From Blastocatellia bacterium (GTDB lineage Bacteria > Acidobacteriota > Blastocatellia > RBC074): 64,000 nt of DNA. Below the pieces are notes generated by a model, which saw nothing but the letters and a program-made list of their open reading frames with translations, was not told the origin of the DNA and did no database searches. Shown here in pieces: positions 44,959-56,293 of the stretch. The DNA lies in the NCBI GenBank assembly GCA_016789725.1, contig JAEUQN010000008.1, positions 9,638-73,637 on the forward strand. The letters are read 5' to 3'. The stretch's first letter is position 1; every line of letters starts with the position of its first letter. Both the position numbers and the translations under genes were made by a program.

Positions 44959-45735
44959 ATGAAACCATCGCGCATTGGGCTTTTAGTCCTGTTATTATTG
45001 GCAACCCTGCCGACACAGAGCCAACGCCTGTCGCGTTTGCCGAATTACTACCCGGACGATTCACCACAGAAAAATCCTGAATTCACGTTTGCACGAATGC
45101 GCTACAACGGTGGCTTTGGTCGGCGCGGCGGTGGATGGGCGACGGATTATCCGAAAGCGGATTATCAATTCATTCAAGGCTTGCGCGGTTGGGTGAAAAG
45201 CCTGCTGACGATTTCTAACGAGCCGGTTGCCATTTCGCTGCACGACCCGAAACTGTACGACTATCCGTTTTTGTACTGTGTGGAGCCGGGGCGCTTGGAA
45301 TTGTCTGAACAGGACGCAGCCGCTTTGCGCGAATATATCCAGCGCGGTGGTTTTTTACTGATGGATGATTTCTGGGGCGATTACGAATGGCAAAACGTAC
45401 AGGAGCAGTTGCGGCGCGTGTTCCCTGAATATCCGATCAAGGAAATGTCGCTGGATCATCCGATCTTTCATTGCTACTTCGACATCAATGAAGTCGTGCA
45501 GGTTCCCAGTGTTGGCAATTGGGTCAATTATGGTCAAACGGCTGAGAAAGGCGGCTACGTGCCACATTACGACGGCATCGTAAACGACGAGGGCCGATTA
45601 CTGGTGCTGATTGCGCGCAACACGGACAACGGCGATGCGTGGGAGTGGATTGATGAGCCGCAGTATGCGCTGAAGTTTGGGTTGGCGGCGTATCGGTTAG
45701 GGATGAACGCGATTGTGTATTCGATGACACATTGA
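44959..45735 (+). CDS. DUF4159-like secreted protein, paralog 2
   Basis: Collinear with paralog 1 and roughly 75% identical by eye, including the shared ending [18 protein letters not shown]. Confidence 0.55.
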   Translation: MKPSRIGLLVLLLLATLPTQSQRLSRLPNYYPDDSPQKNPEFTFARMRYNGGFGRRGGGWATDYPKADYQFIQGLRGWVKSLLTISNEPVAISLHDPKLYDYPFLYCVEPGRLELSEQDAAALREYIQRGGFLLMDDFWGDYEWQNVQEQLRRVFPEYPIKEMSLDHPIFHCYFDINEVVQVPSVGNWVNYGQTAEKGGYVPHYDGIVNDEGRLLVLIARNTDNGDAWEWIDEPQYALKFGLAAYRLGMNAIVYSMTH

Positions 45736-45852
45736 AAAAAAATAATTGCGCAAGCGGGAACTCTCCGGCGTGTGATGATCTGCGGTCAAGTCTGATCGTG
45801 CAATTTCGTTGAATTGAATTCTCGTCATCAGCCACCAGGAGGAACAGAGTTT

Positions 45853-46260
45853 ATGCGTCACTTCGAGCATTTCCGTGGGCAAAGAATCGTTCTGTCTGTG
45901 TTATTCACCCTGTTTTGTGTTTCTAGCGCGGGATTGGCACAATCGGCCAAGCCCAAAAGCAATCAGCCCGTGGTTATTGAGTTCAAAGAAGTTTCTTTGA
46001 AATCGGTCATCAAAAATCTCGCTACACAGCTCAAGCTCAACATCGTCTTTGATGAAACCTTCCGAGATGAGCCGAAATATGACCTGGAACTGAATGATGT
46101 CACGCTGGAAGCCGCGCTGAAGATTGTGCTGATTCAGAAACGAATGACGGCCCGCATCATTGAAGACAAAACGATTATCATCTTTGCGGATAATCCCACC
46201 ACGCGCGCACGATTTGAGGAATTCCCCGCCTGGCCCGCCAAATATGAGCCGAAGCGATAA
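45853..46260 (+). CDS. small secreted protein with a secretin N-terminal (STN/N0)-like domain
   Basis: ATG 45853 follows AGGAGGA. After the signal peptide comes IEFKEVSLKSVIKNLATQLKLNIVFDE......DLELNDVTLEAALKIVL......ARIIEDKTIIIF. No secretin pore domain is present. Confidence 0.5.
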   Translation: MRHFEHFRGQRIVLSVLFTLFCVSSAGLAQSAKPKSNQPVVIEFKEVSLKSVIKNLATQLKLNIVFDETFRDEPKYDLELNDVTLEAALKIVLIQKRMTARIIEDKTIIIFADNPTTRARFEEFPAWPAKYEPKR

Positions 46261-46285
46261 AGCGAAGCCGTTTACGCCTCAAGGT

Positions 46286-46324
46286 AAAAGCTCAGGCGTG
46301 TGGCTCAACTTAGCCTGAGCTTTT
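46286..46324. terminator. bidirectional rho-independent terminator between convergent genes
   Basis: AAAAGCTCAGGC (46286-46297), a 15-nt loop, then GCCTGAGCTTTT (46313-46324). The A-run and T-run flanks serve both strands. Confidence 0.7.
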
Positions 46325-46336
46325 ATACGGAATCAC

Positions 46337-47158
46337 CTACAATTCTTCTCCGCAATGTGGGCAGCAATGGCGCGCGGCCTTTTGTTTTTCCAATTCGTCA
46401 ATAAAACTTGCTCCTAAAATTCCAGTCGGCAGGGCAAACATTCCAATCCCCAAAATGGCACTAAGCCCGGCAAATACTTTTCCCAATGGCGTGATGGGAT
46501 AAATATCTCCATATCCCACTGTCGTGAGCGTTACGACTGACCACCACATCGTGGAAGGAATATCCGGGAACTTGTCCGGTTGCGCGTCGTGCTCGGCAAA
46601 ATACATCAACGATGACACGATGATAATCAATCCCAGCATCAGCACAAACGTCAGCACCAGTTCATCTTTTTTATCTTTGAAGACGCGTCCAAAAAGGCGG
46701 ATGGAAGACGAGTACCGCGTTAGTTTGGCGACGCGGAAAATCCGCAGCATCCGCAGCATCCGAATCACCCGCAGGTCAATGTAGACGAACGATAAATAAA
46801 ACGGCAGGATGGCTGCGAGGTCTACGAGCGAGAGCGGTTTGAAGATAAATCGGAGCCTGCCTGTAATCGGCTTTGCATATCGTGAATCCGTGCCGCACGC
46901 CCACACCCGGGCCAAATACTCCAGCGAGAAAACGATGACCGAAACATATTCGAAGACTTCAAAGGTCAGATGAAATCGTTGTTCGAGCGATTCCACGGAT
47001 TCCAGAATGACTGCCAGAATATTCAGGAAAATTAACCCCAGGATAAAGATGTCGAAGATTTTGCTGACGACATCTCCTGGCTTGGCGACCTCAACGATTT
47101 CCCAAACTCGGGTGCGCATGTTCATGAGATTGCTCATCAAGTGAGGGCCTGAAGCCAC
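46337..47158 (-). CDS. voltage-gated (Kv-type, 6TM) potassium channel with a short Cys-rich C-terminal tail
   Basis: The S4-like segment is RVIRMLRMLRIFRVAKLTR and the selectivity filter is TLTTVGYGD. The C-terminus is ...RHCCPHCGEEL. The start is uncertain (GTG 47158 or ATG 47137). Confidence 0.85.
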   Translation of the reverse strand: MASGPHLMSNLMNMRTRVWEIVEVAKPGDVVSKIFDIFILGLIFLNILAVILESVESLEQRFHLTFEVFEYVSVIVFSLEYLARVWACGTDSRYAKPITGRLRFIFKPLSLVDLAAILPFYLSFVYIDLRVIRMLRMLRIFRVAKLTRYSSSIRLFGRVFKDKKDELVLTFVLMLGLIIIVSSLMYFAEHDAQPDKFPDIPSTMWWSVVTLTTVGYGDIYPITPLGKVFAGLSAILGIGMFALPTGILGASFIDELEKQKAARHCCPHCGEEL

Positions 47159-47308
47159 GCATAATCAGCCTCAGGACAGTTACGAAGTGGGAATTATAAG
47201 AACCAGCGGAGAGCAGCCCGGTTCATCCAGTCGTCATCATAGTCAACAGACGGGAGGGGAATCAATTCTTAACTGCGCAAAACGTGAGAAGCGATTTAGA
47301 ATTTAAAC

Positions 47309-47336
47309 GAAAAAACGGGCAGACACCCGCCTGCCC
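47309..47336 (-). terminator. rho-independent terminator of the inositol-3-phosphate synthase gene
   Basis: The minus strand reads GGGCAG-gcgggtgt-CTGCCC followed by GTTTTTTCG, about 55 nt after the stop. Confidence 0.6.
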
Positions 47337-47391
47337 TTCGATTAGAGTACATCAATACTTAGCAGTACCCCCTGGCTGAGAGATTCTAAAA

Positions 47392-48708
47392 TTAGTCGTA
47401 ATACTCCAAGCCCAAATGCGTAATTAATTCTTCCCCACGCAAATGTCGCAGCGTGTTTTTGAGCTTCATCAACTGAATGAACAAATCATGTTCGGGATAC
47501 AGCTTCGGCGCGCACATCGGCGATTTGAAATAAAACGACAACCACTCCTGAATCCCCTTCATTCCGGTGCGCTGTGCCAAATCCATAAACAACGCCAAGT
47601 CCAACACGAGCGGCGCGGCCAGAATGGAATCCCGACAGAGGAAGTCAATCTTGATCTGCATTGGATAGCCGAGCCAGCCGAAAATATCAATGTTGTCCCA
47701 GCCTTCTTTGTTGTCACCGCGCGGTGGGTAATAGTTGATCCGCACCAGATGCGAAAAATTGTCGTAGAGTTCGGGATAGACTTGTGGCTGCAAAATGTAT
47801 TCCAGCACCGACAGCTTCGATTCTTCTTTGGTTTTAAATGAACCCGGATCGTCCAACACTTCGCCGTCACGATTGCCGAGAATGTTAGTGGAATACCAGC
47901 CGTGCAAACCGAGCATCCGTGCTTTCAAACCCGGCGCGAGCATCGTTTTCATCCACGTCTGCCCGGTCTTGAAATCCTTGCCGCACACCGCAACCCCGTT
48001 TTTATTGGCTAAATCGAGTAACGCCGGAATGTCTACCGTGAGATTCGGTGCGCCATTCGCAAACGGCACGCCGGATTTCAGCGCAGCGTAGGCATAAATC
48101 ATTGAGGGCGCAATCGCCTTGTGATTTTCACGCAGCGCCTTTTCAAAGCTCGCCAGCGTTTTGTGAACGGGATGTTCTTTAATGAACACTTCCGTCGAAC
48201 CACACCAGACCATCACGAGTCGCGCGCATTTGTTTTTGCGCTTGAATTCCGCGATGTCCTGCATTAGCTGCTCCGCCAATTCCATCTTGTTCGCACCCGT
48301 TTTGACGTGCGTGCCGTGCAATCGCTTGACGTAATTCTGATCAAAGACCGCAGACATCGGTTTGATCTTGGAGAGTTGTGGCTTGAGTTGGACAAGCAGT
48401 TCTTTTTCGAGCACGCCTGCGTGCATCGCGGCTTCGTAAGCATTGTCCTCAAAAATGTCCCACGTGCCGAACACGATGTCGTTCAAATCCGCGAGCGGGA
48501 CGAAGTCTTTGATGAGCGGCGAGCGTCCGTCAGTGCGTTTGCCCAGACGAATCGTCGCCATTTGCGTGAGCGAGCCAATTGGTTTGGCCAAATCTTTTTT
48601 GATGGCTTCGACGCCTGCAATAAATGTGGTTGTGACCGCGCCCATGCCAACGCACAACACGCCAAGCTTGCCTTTTGCGGGAGCGATTTCCGCGCCTTTT
48701 TCGATCAT
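47392..48708 (-). CDS. ino1: inositol-3-phosphate synthase (myo-inositol-1-phosphate synthase)
   Basis: 438 aa with GKLGVLCVGMGAVTTTFIAG, ...FANGAPNLTVD..., GKDFKTGQT.MK..LAP.LK.R and GWYSTNILGNRDGEVL. Confidence 0.85.
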   Translation of the reverse strand: MIEKGAEIAPAKGKLGVLCVGMGAVTTTFIAGVEAIKKDLAKPIGSLTQMATIRLGKRTDGRSPLIKDFVPLADLNDIVFGTWDIFEDNAYEAAMHAGVLEKELLVQLKPQLSKIKPMSAVFDQNYVKRLHGTHVKTGANKMELAEQLMQDIAEFKRKNKCARLVMVWCGSTEVFIKEHPVHKTLASFEKALRENHKAIAPSMIYAYAALKSGVPFANGAPNLTVDIPALLDLANKNGVAVCGKDFKTGQTWMKTMLAPGLKARMLGLHGWYSTNILGNRDGEVLDDPGSFKTKEESKLSVLEYILQPQVYPELYDNFSHLVRINYYPPRGDNKEGWDNIDIFGWLGYPMQIKIDFLCRDSILAAPLVLDLALFMDLAQRTGMKGIQEWLSFYFKSPMCAPKLYPEHDLFIQLMKLKNTLRHLRGEELITHLGLEYYD

Positions 48709-48856
48709 AAATATGAACTCCTAAAATGATGCTTGAATTGAAAAGTTGAGGCATTGTAATCGTGCAACTGAAGCCCGTCTTGCGCGATCTTGCTCAATTT
48801 TGGCGATGGCTTGCGCAATGTACGACCGACGGAAGGTCTGTTGTACCTTTTTGTGC

Positions 48857-48885
48857 TTGAGCGAGCACGCGTGCCTGTGTACAAT
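48857..48885 (+). promoter_or_regulatory. candidate sigma70-like promoter for leuS
   Basis: TTGAGC, a 17-nt spacer, then TACAAT, about 240 nt upstream of the leuS ATG. The leader contains a GCAGCGCAA/TTGCGCTGC hairpin. Acidobacterial promoter rules are poorly known. Confidence 0.25.
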
Positions 48886-49125
48886 CTGGCGTCGAGGTTA
48901 GACGCAATGAACATTATCACCAGCACGACAACTCGTATTGATCGCCATCGCATCGCGTCGTTGTACTTGCTCTCCCTTACCTAGCAGCGCAATTCATTTC
49001 TGTTGCGCTGCGCCTCCCGACATCAAATCCATTCTCTTATTAAACTGATTTTGTTATCTTCTCCGGCTTCAGTTCAGTCCTGACTGAACTCTGGTAAGGC
49101 TTGAGAGCTATCACAAGGAATTGTC

Positions 49126-51762
<2,637 letters not shown>

Positions 51763-51887
51763 CTCGACAACTCTCAAATTGAGAAAATGAAAAGCCTTGC
51801 GAAAAGAAATTCGCAGGGCTTTTCGCTTTTGCATGCAATCGGGGTTCTGCGCTAGGCTACACTCACTTTTTCAGGAGTAGCACAACT

Positions 51888-53771
51888 ATGACTCATTCTC
51901 GCCCCACACGTTTTTTCTTTGGCCTGCACGCGCAGGTTCTCATCTTTCTGCTGTTGTCTGCGGCAGTCGCAGCACAGAGCAAAATCGAATACGAAATTTC
52001 GTTCCCGAATGCCGCGCATCACGAAGCGGAAATTGTCGTGACGATCAACAATGCGCCTGCCAACAAACCGCTCGAAATGCGGATGAGCCGTTCGTCGCCG
52101 GGCCGTTACGCGGCGCACGAATTTGCGCGCAATGTGTACAACGTGCGTGCGACCGATGACAAAGGTGTGTCGCTCAACATAACGCGCCCGAATGCGCATC
52201 AATGGAATATCAATGGGCATCGCGGCAAAGTGCGTGTGAGCTATACGTTGTTTGGTGATTTGGGCAGTGGCACGTATACGGGCATTGATAATACGATGGC
52301 GCATTTGAGCATCCCGGCAACGTTTCTGTGGCCGCGAGGGATGGACGCTGCGCCGATTCAAGTGCACTTCCGATTGCCTGAGGCCAAATGGAAGATCGCC
52401 ACACAACTGGTTCCAACCTCTAACCCTGAAGTTTTTACCGCGCCACACCTGCAATATTTGATGGACTCGCCGACGATGCTGGGAGAGCTGCGGTTCCGCG
52501 AATGGCCGGTGCAATCGAATGGCAAAACGTATACGATTCGTTTAGCCATCAATGATCGTTGCAGTGACAAAGACGTGGATGATTTTGCTGAGATGGTGAA
52601 GAAGATCGTCGCCGAGCAAATCGCGGTGTTTGGTGAAGCGCCGGATTTTGATTTTGGGACTTACACCTTCATCTCCAATTACGTTCCGCAAATCGGTGGC
52701 GATGGGATGGAACATCGCAACTCGACGAGCCTCACCAGTTCGCGTTCGCTGCGAGGTGGACCGCGCGCCAATCTCGGCACGGTTTCGCACGAATTCTTTC
52801 ACGCCTGGAATGTCGAACGGTTGCGCCCTCGTTCGTTGGAGCCGTTCAATTTTGAAGATGCGAATGTCTCCGGCGAATTGTGGCTGGCAGAAGGTTTTAC
52901 GCAATATTACGGTAACCTGATTATGAAGCGAGCAGGTTTTGGTGGCGATGACGCCAATTTCGCGCGCGGTCTGGGCTTCACGCTCAATGCGGTCATCAAT
53001 ACGCCTGGACGCCGTTTGCACGGCCCTTTTGATATGAGTCAGCGTGCAGTGTTTGAAGATGGTGGGGTTACTTCGGCTCCGAACAACAGCCAAAACCTTC
53101 ATCTTTCGTACTACACGTTCGGCAGTGCCGTGGCGCTTGGGTTGGATTTAACGTTGCGCACGAGATTTCCCGGCAAAACGCTCGATAGCTATATGCGTGA
53201 GTTGTGGCAATCTTACGGGAAGCATCAGAAAAATTACGCGCCAACGAGGCCGTATACAATCGCAGATTTGAGAACTTCACTAGCGAAACTCACGGGCGAT
53301 GCGGCGTTTGCGAAAGAGTTTTTTGCGCGCTATATCGAAGGCCACGAAGTGATGGATTACGAAAGTTTGCTGGCTAAAGCGGGATTCCAATTGCGCAAAG
53401 TTCGTCCCGGCAAAATCTGGCTGGATGCGGTTGTGCGCGAACAGGGCGGCGCGTTGATGGTGGCAGCTCCGACCAACTGGCTCGGTGCAATGTATAAAGC
53501 GGGCGTGGATCGCGGCGACAAGATTCTTTCGCTTGACGGGCATGCGGTCACGATGGCAGCGGACCTACAAGCCGTACTGGAACGACACAAACCCGGCGAT
53601 ACGGTTGCCATTGAATTTGAGCAACGCGGCGTGAAAAAAAGCGCGCAAGTCACCTTCCTCGAAGACCCTCAGCTTGAAGTGGTTCCCTTTGAAAAACTCA
53701 ATCAGGAAGTGACGGAAGAGATGAAAAAGCTTCGCGCCCAATGGTTGAACTCGCTCATCGGCGGGCAATAA
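51888..53771 (+). CDS. M61 family (glycyl aminopeptidase-like) metallopeptidase with a C-terminal PDZ domain
   Basis: A signal peptide, the zinc motif [14 protein letters not shown], and a PDZ-like [12 protein letters not shown]....L. Confidence 0.8.
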   Translation: MTHSRPTRFFFGLHAQVLIFLLLSAAVAAQSKIEYEISFPNAAHHEAEIVVTINNAPANKPLEMRMSRSSPGRYAAHEFARNVYNVRATDDKGVSLNITRPNAHQWNINGHRGKVRVSYTLFGDLGSGTYTGIDNTMAHLSIPATFLWPRGMDAAPIQVHFRLPEAKWKIATQLVPTSNPEVFTAPHLQYLMDSPTMLGELRFREWPVQSNGKTYTIRLAINDRCSDKDVDDFAEMVKKIVAEQIAVFGEAPDFDFGTYTFISNYVPQIGGDGMEHRNSTSLTSSRSLRGGPRANLGTVSHEFFHAWNVERLRPRSLEPFNFEDANVSGELWLAEGFTQYYGNLIMKRAGFGGDDANFARGLGFTLNAVINTPGRRLHGPFDMSQRAVFEDGGVTSAPNNSQNLHLSYYTFGSAVALGLDLTLRTRFPGKTLDSYMRELWQSYGKHQKNYAPTRPYTIADLRTSLAKLTGDAAFAKEFFARYIEGHEVMDYESLLAKAGFQLRKVRPGKIWLDAVVREQGGALMVAAPTNWLGAMYKAGVDRGDKILSLDGHAVTMAADLQAVLERHKPGDTVAIEFEQRGVKKSAQVTFLEDPQLEVVPFEKLNQEVTEEMKKLRAQWLNSLIGGQ

Positions 53772-53795
53772 TTGGTGAGCAAGGATAAGATTGCC

Positions 53796-54323
53796 ATGAA
53801 ACGATTTTCCCAACTGACTTTACTGGCTTTGCTGATTTTTGTGTGTGGCTTCAAGGAGTGCTACAAGCAAGTGGGCAAGGGGGAAGCATTGCCAAAGCAT
53901 ATTCAAACGCTGGCAATTCCGCCCTTTCTGAATCCGGGGTTGCGCTACAAAGTTGAGCAGCGATTTACCGCCGCCATGATTGACGAGGTGCTCCGGCGGC
54001 AACGCGCGTTGCAGGTCGTGTCGAAGCCTGAGGATGCCGACGCCGTGATGCTCGGTACGATCAAACAATTCAGCTATCGTGGCACCTTGCTGGATGATGT
54101 CGGGCGCGCGCGCGTGTTTGAAGTGACGATTATTGCGGGCGTCACGGTCAAAGATCAGACGAAAAATAAAGTCCTTTTTGATAATCAAAATTACGTCTTC
54201 AAAACGGAATACGAAGTCACAGGTGATCCGGGCAATTTCTTCAGCGAAGAAGGCCCGGCGGTCAGTCGTCTGGCGCGGGATTTTGCGAAGAGCGTGTTAA
54301 CAACTATTTTGGAAGGCTTTTGA
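53796..54323 (+). CDS. lptE: LptE-like LPS-assembly lipoprotein (tentative)
   Basis: ATG 53796 gives MKRFSQLTLLALLIFVCGF. IQTLAIPPFLN....YKVEQRFT.A...E.... fits the LptE pattern. The position between leuS and holA mirrors the E. coli leuS-lptE-holA order. The lipobox is non-canonical. Confidence 0.45.
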   Translation: MKRFSQLTLLALLIFVCGFKECYKQVGKGEALPKHIQTLAIPPFLNPGLRYKVEQRFTAAMIDEVLRRQRALQVVSKPEDADAVMLGTIKQFSYRGTLLDDVGRARVFEVTIIAGVTVKDQTKNKVLFDNQNYVFKTEYEVTGDPGNFFSEEGPAVSRLARDFAKSVLTTILEGF

Positions 54324-54326
54324 GCG

Positions 54327-54764
54327 ATGGATGAATTACTGAAAGGGTTTCCGGTCGTGGTCGAACTGCCCGTTGTTTGGGGCGAAATGGATGCGCGGCA
54401 ACACGTCAACAATGCTGTCTATTTTCGCTATTTTGAAAGCGCCCGCACCGTGTATTTTGAAAAACTTGGCGTATGGAAAATGATCGGCGACACGGGCATC
54501 GGCGTCATTCTGGCTTCGATTAATTGCCGCTTTCGGATTCCGCTGACATTCCCGGATAGAATTTCTGTCGGCGTGCGTGTCGTAAATATTCAGGAAGATC
54601 GCTTTACCGTCGAGCACCGCATCGTTAGCCATCACCACCAGAAAATTGCAGCAGAAGGCGACGGCTTGCTAGTGGCCTACGATTACAATCAGCTCAAGAA
54701 GACATTGTTGCCGGATGCGTTTCGGCAACGCATTCAGGAATTGGAACGCACGTCGCAGAGTTGA
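54327..54764 (+). CDS. acyl-CoA thioesterase, 4HBT (YbgC-like) hotdog fold
   Basis: 145 aa with VVWGEMDARQHVNNAVYFRYFESARTVYFEKLG. Confidence 0.75.
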   Translation: MDELLKGFPVVVELPVVWGEMDARQHVNNAVYFRYFESARTVYFEKLGVWKMIGDTGIGVILASINCRFRIPLTFPDRISVGVRVVNIQEDRFTVEHRIVSHHHQKIAAEGDGLLVAYDYNQLKKTLLPDAFRQRIQELERTSQS

Positions 54765-54768
54765 ATTT

Positions 54769-55821
54769 ATGGCAGTCAAAAAGCCCGCATCCGGCGATGC
54801 GCTGAAATCACAAACGGAATTTGCCCGCAATCTCCTGAGCGGCAAATTTGCGCCGATGTACCTGTTTGAGGGCAGCGAAAATTACCTGCGTGAACAAACG
54901 CTCAAGAAGCTGATTGACGCGGCAGTAGACGATGCCTTGCGCGATTTCAATGTCCACGAAATTTCCGTTGCTAAAGGCAATCTTGACGAAGCTCTGGCTA
55001 TCGCGCGGCAATATCCAATGATGTCAGCGCGGCGCGTGGTGGTGGTGACAGGTTTTGAAGCGATCAATGACGAAGACCAGTTGGAATTGCTAAAGGACTA
55101 CATTCGTGACCCCGTTCCCTCGACGGTTCTGATTTTCAATTCGCCGAATTTGGACAAGCGCCGCAACATTGCAACAATGCTGGGCAAGTTTTGCGAAGTC
55201 GTCAGTTTCGAGCCGCTCGACGAACGCGCAGCCGCACCGCGTTGGATTGAGGACTATGTGACGCGCGCGGGTGGTTCAATTGATTCGGCGACCGCTGCGT
55301 TTTTGGTCGGAATGGTCGGTACGGAATTGCAACAGCTTTCAACCGAACTCGACAAGCTGATGACCTACGTTGGTGAAGGTCGGCGCATCACGCGGCAGGA
55401 AATCGAACTATTGGTGCGATACTCGCGCGAGCATTCCAATTTTGAATTGACCGATGCCTTGCTTGAGGGCAATCGCAAACGCGCGCTAACCTTGCTCGAA
55501 CATATTTTTGAGAATGTGTCGGACAAGCAAGGCCTGGCATTGATGATTCTCGGTGCCATTGCCCGCAGCTATCGTAATCTGCTGATCTCCAAAGAACTGA
55601 TGCAGCAAAATGCGCCGAATTCCGAAGTTGCCAAGGCGGTCGGGATGTCACCGTTTGCCGTGACGCATTTGAATGAGAAAGCGCGACGCATAGACAGCAA
55701 TCGAATTCTTCAGGCTATTCAGCGGATTGCGGCAACCGACATCGCCCTGAAATCTTCGATGGGAACCCCGCGTTTGCAGATTGAGCTACTAATTTGTGAG
55801 CTTTGTTCCGCTAAAAACTGA
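54769..55821 (+). CDS. holA: DNA polymerase III subunit delta
   Basis: The internal ATG at 54769 gives 350 aa. Supporting features are PMYLFEGSENYLREQ, the length, and the position after lptE-like. Confidence 0.75.
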   Translation: MAVKKPASGDALKSQTEFARNLLSGKFAPMYLFEGSENYLREQTLKKLIDAAVDDALRDFNVHEISVAKGNLDEALAIARQYPMMSARRVVVVTGFEAINDEDQLELLKDYIRDPVPSTVLIFNSPNLDKRRNIATMLGKFCEVVSFEPLDERAAAPRWIEDYVTRAGGSIDSATAAFLVGMVGTELQQLSTELDKLMTYVGEGRRITRQEIELLVRYSREHSNFELTDALLEGNRKRALTLLEHIFENVSDKQGLALMILGAIARSYRNLLISKELMQQNAPNSEVAKAVGMSPFAVTHLNEKARRIDSNRILQAIQRIAATDIALKSSMGTPRLQIELLICELCSAKN

Positions 55822-56293
55822 AGGCTTGTCTCATTTCGACACGCTATCTTGTTGCTGCTCCGTTTTCGCAGGCTAATTTGCTACATATTGGCCGTTCCCC
55901 TCCTGATTGATTTCCTTTTGACCCGATAGTTACCAGAACTGAAGAGACGCTTGAAGGCTTCAAGACGTTTTTGCCTTAGGATAGTTTTTAAGTAAACGTT
56001 GGAATAACAATGGTTAGAGACTTTTACTGAAAAATGTGAAATCCTTGCCCCGCCCTTGCCAACTATGGCCTACAGTTTGCTATAATCCAGATGTTTTAAG
56101 GTCGCACGCCACAGCCAAGCGGTTTTAGGCTGGTCATCTAACCAGAGTTTATTATTTTACCCCGGTGAGCGCGTTCGAAATGACACACACGCTCACTCAG
56201 GCGGCGACACCTGCACTTATTGACCAAGATGCTATGCGTCGGTGCTGGGAACCTGAAAAATGATAGTTAACATTAACCAAGTGAGGAACTCGA

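Noticed and set aside
48886-49125. A possible T-box or other riboswitch in the ~240-nt leuS leader.
   Set aside because: No T-box consensus (AGGGTGGTACCGCG-like) or specifier-loop architecture is visible. Only a generic 9-bp hairpin is present.
55950-55972. A terminator for holA (CTTGAAG-G-CTTCAAG followed by ACGTTTTT).
   Set aside because: The stem is effectively only 5-6 bp after allowing a minimal loop. It is too weak to call as a feature and is mentioned only in the leader finding.
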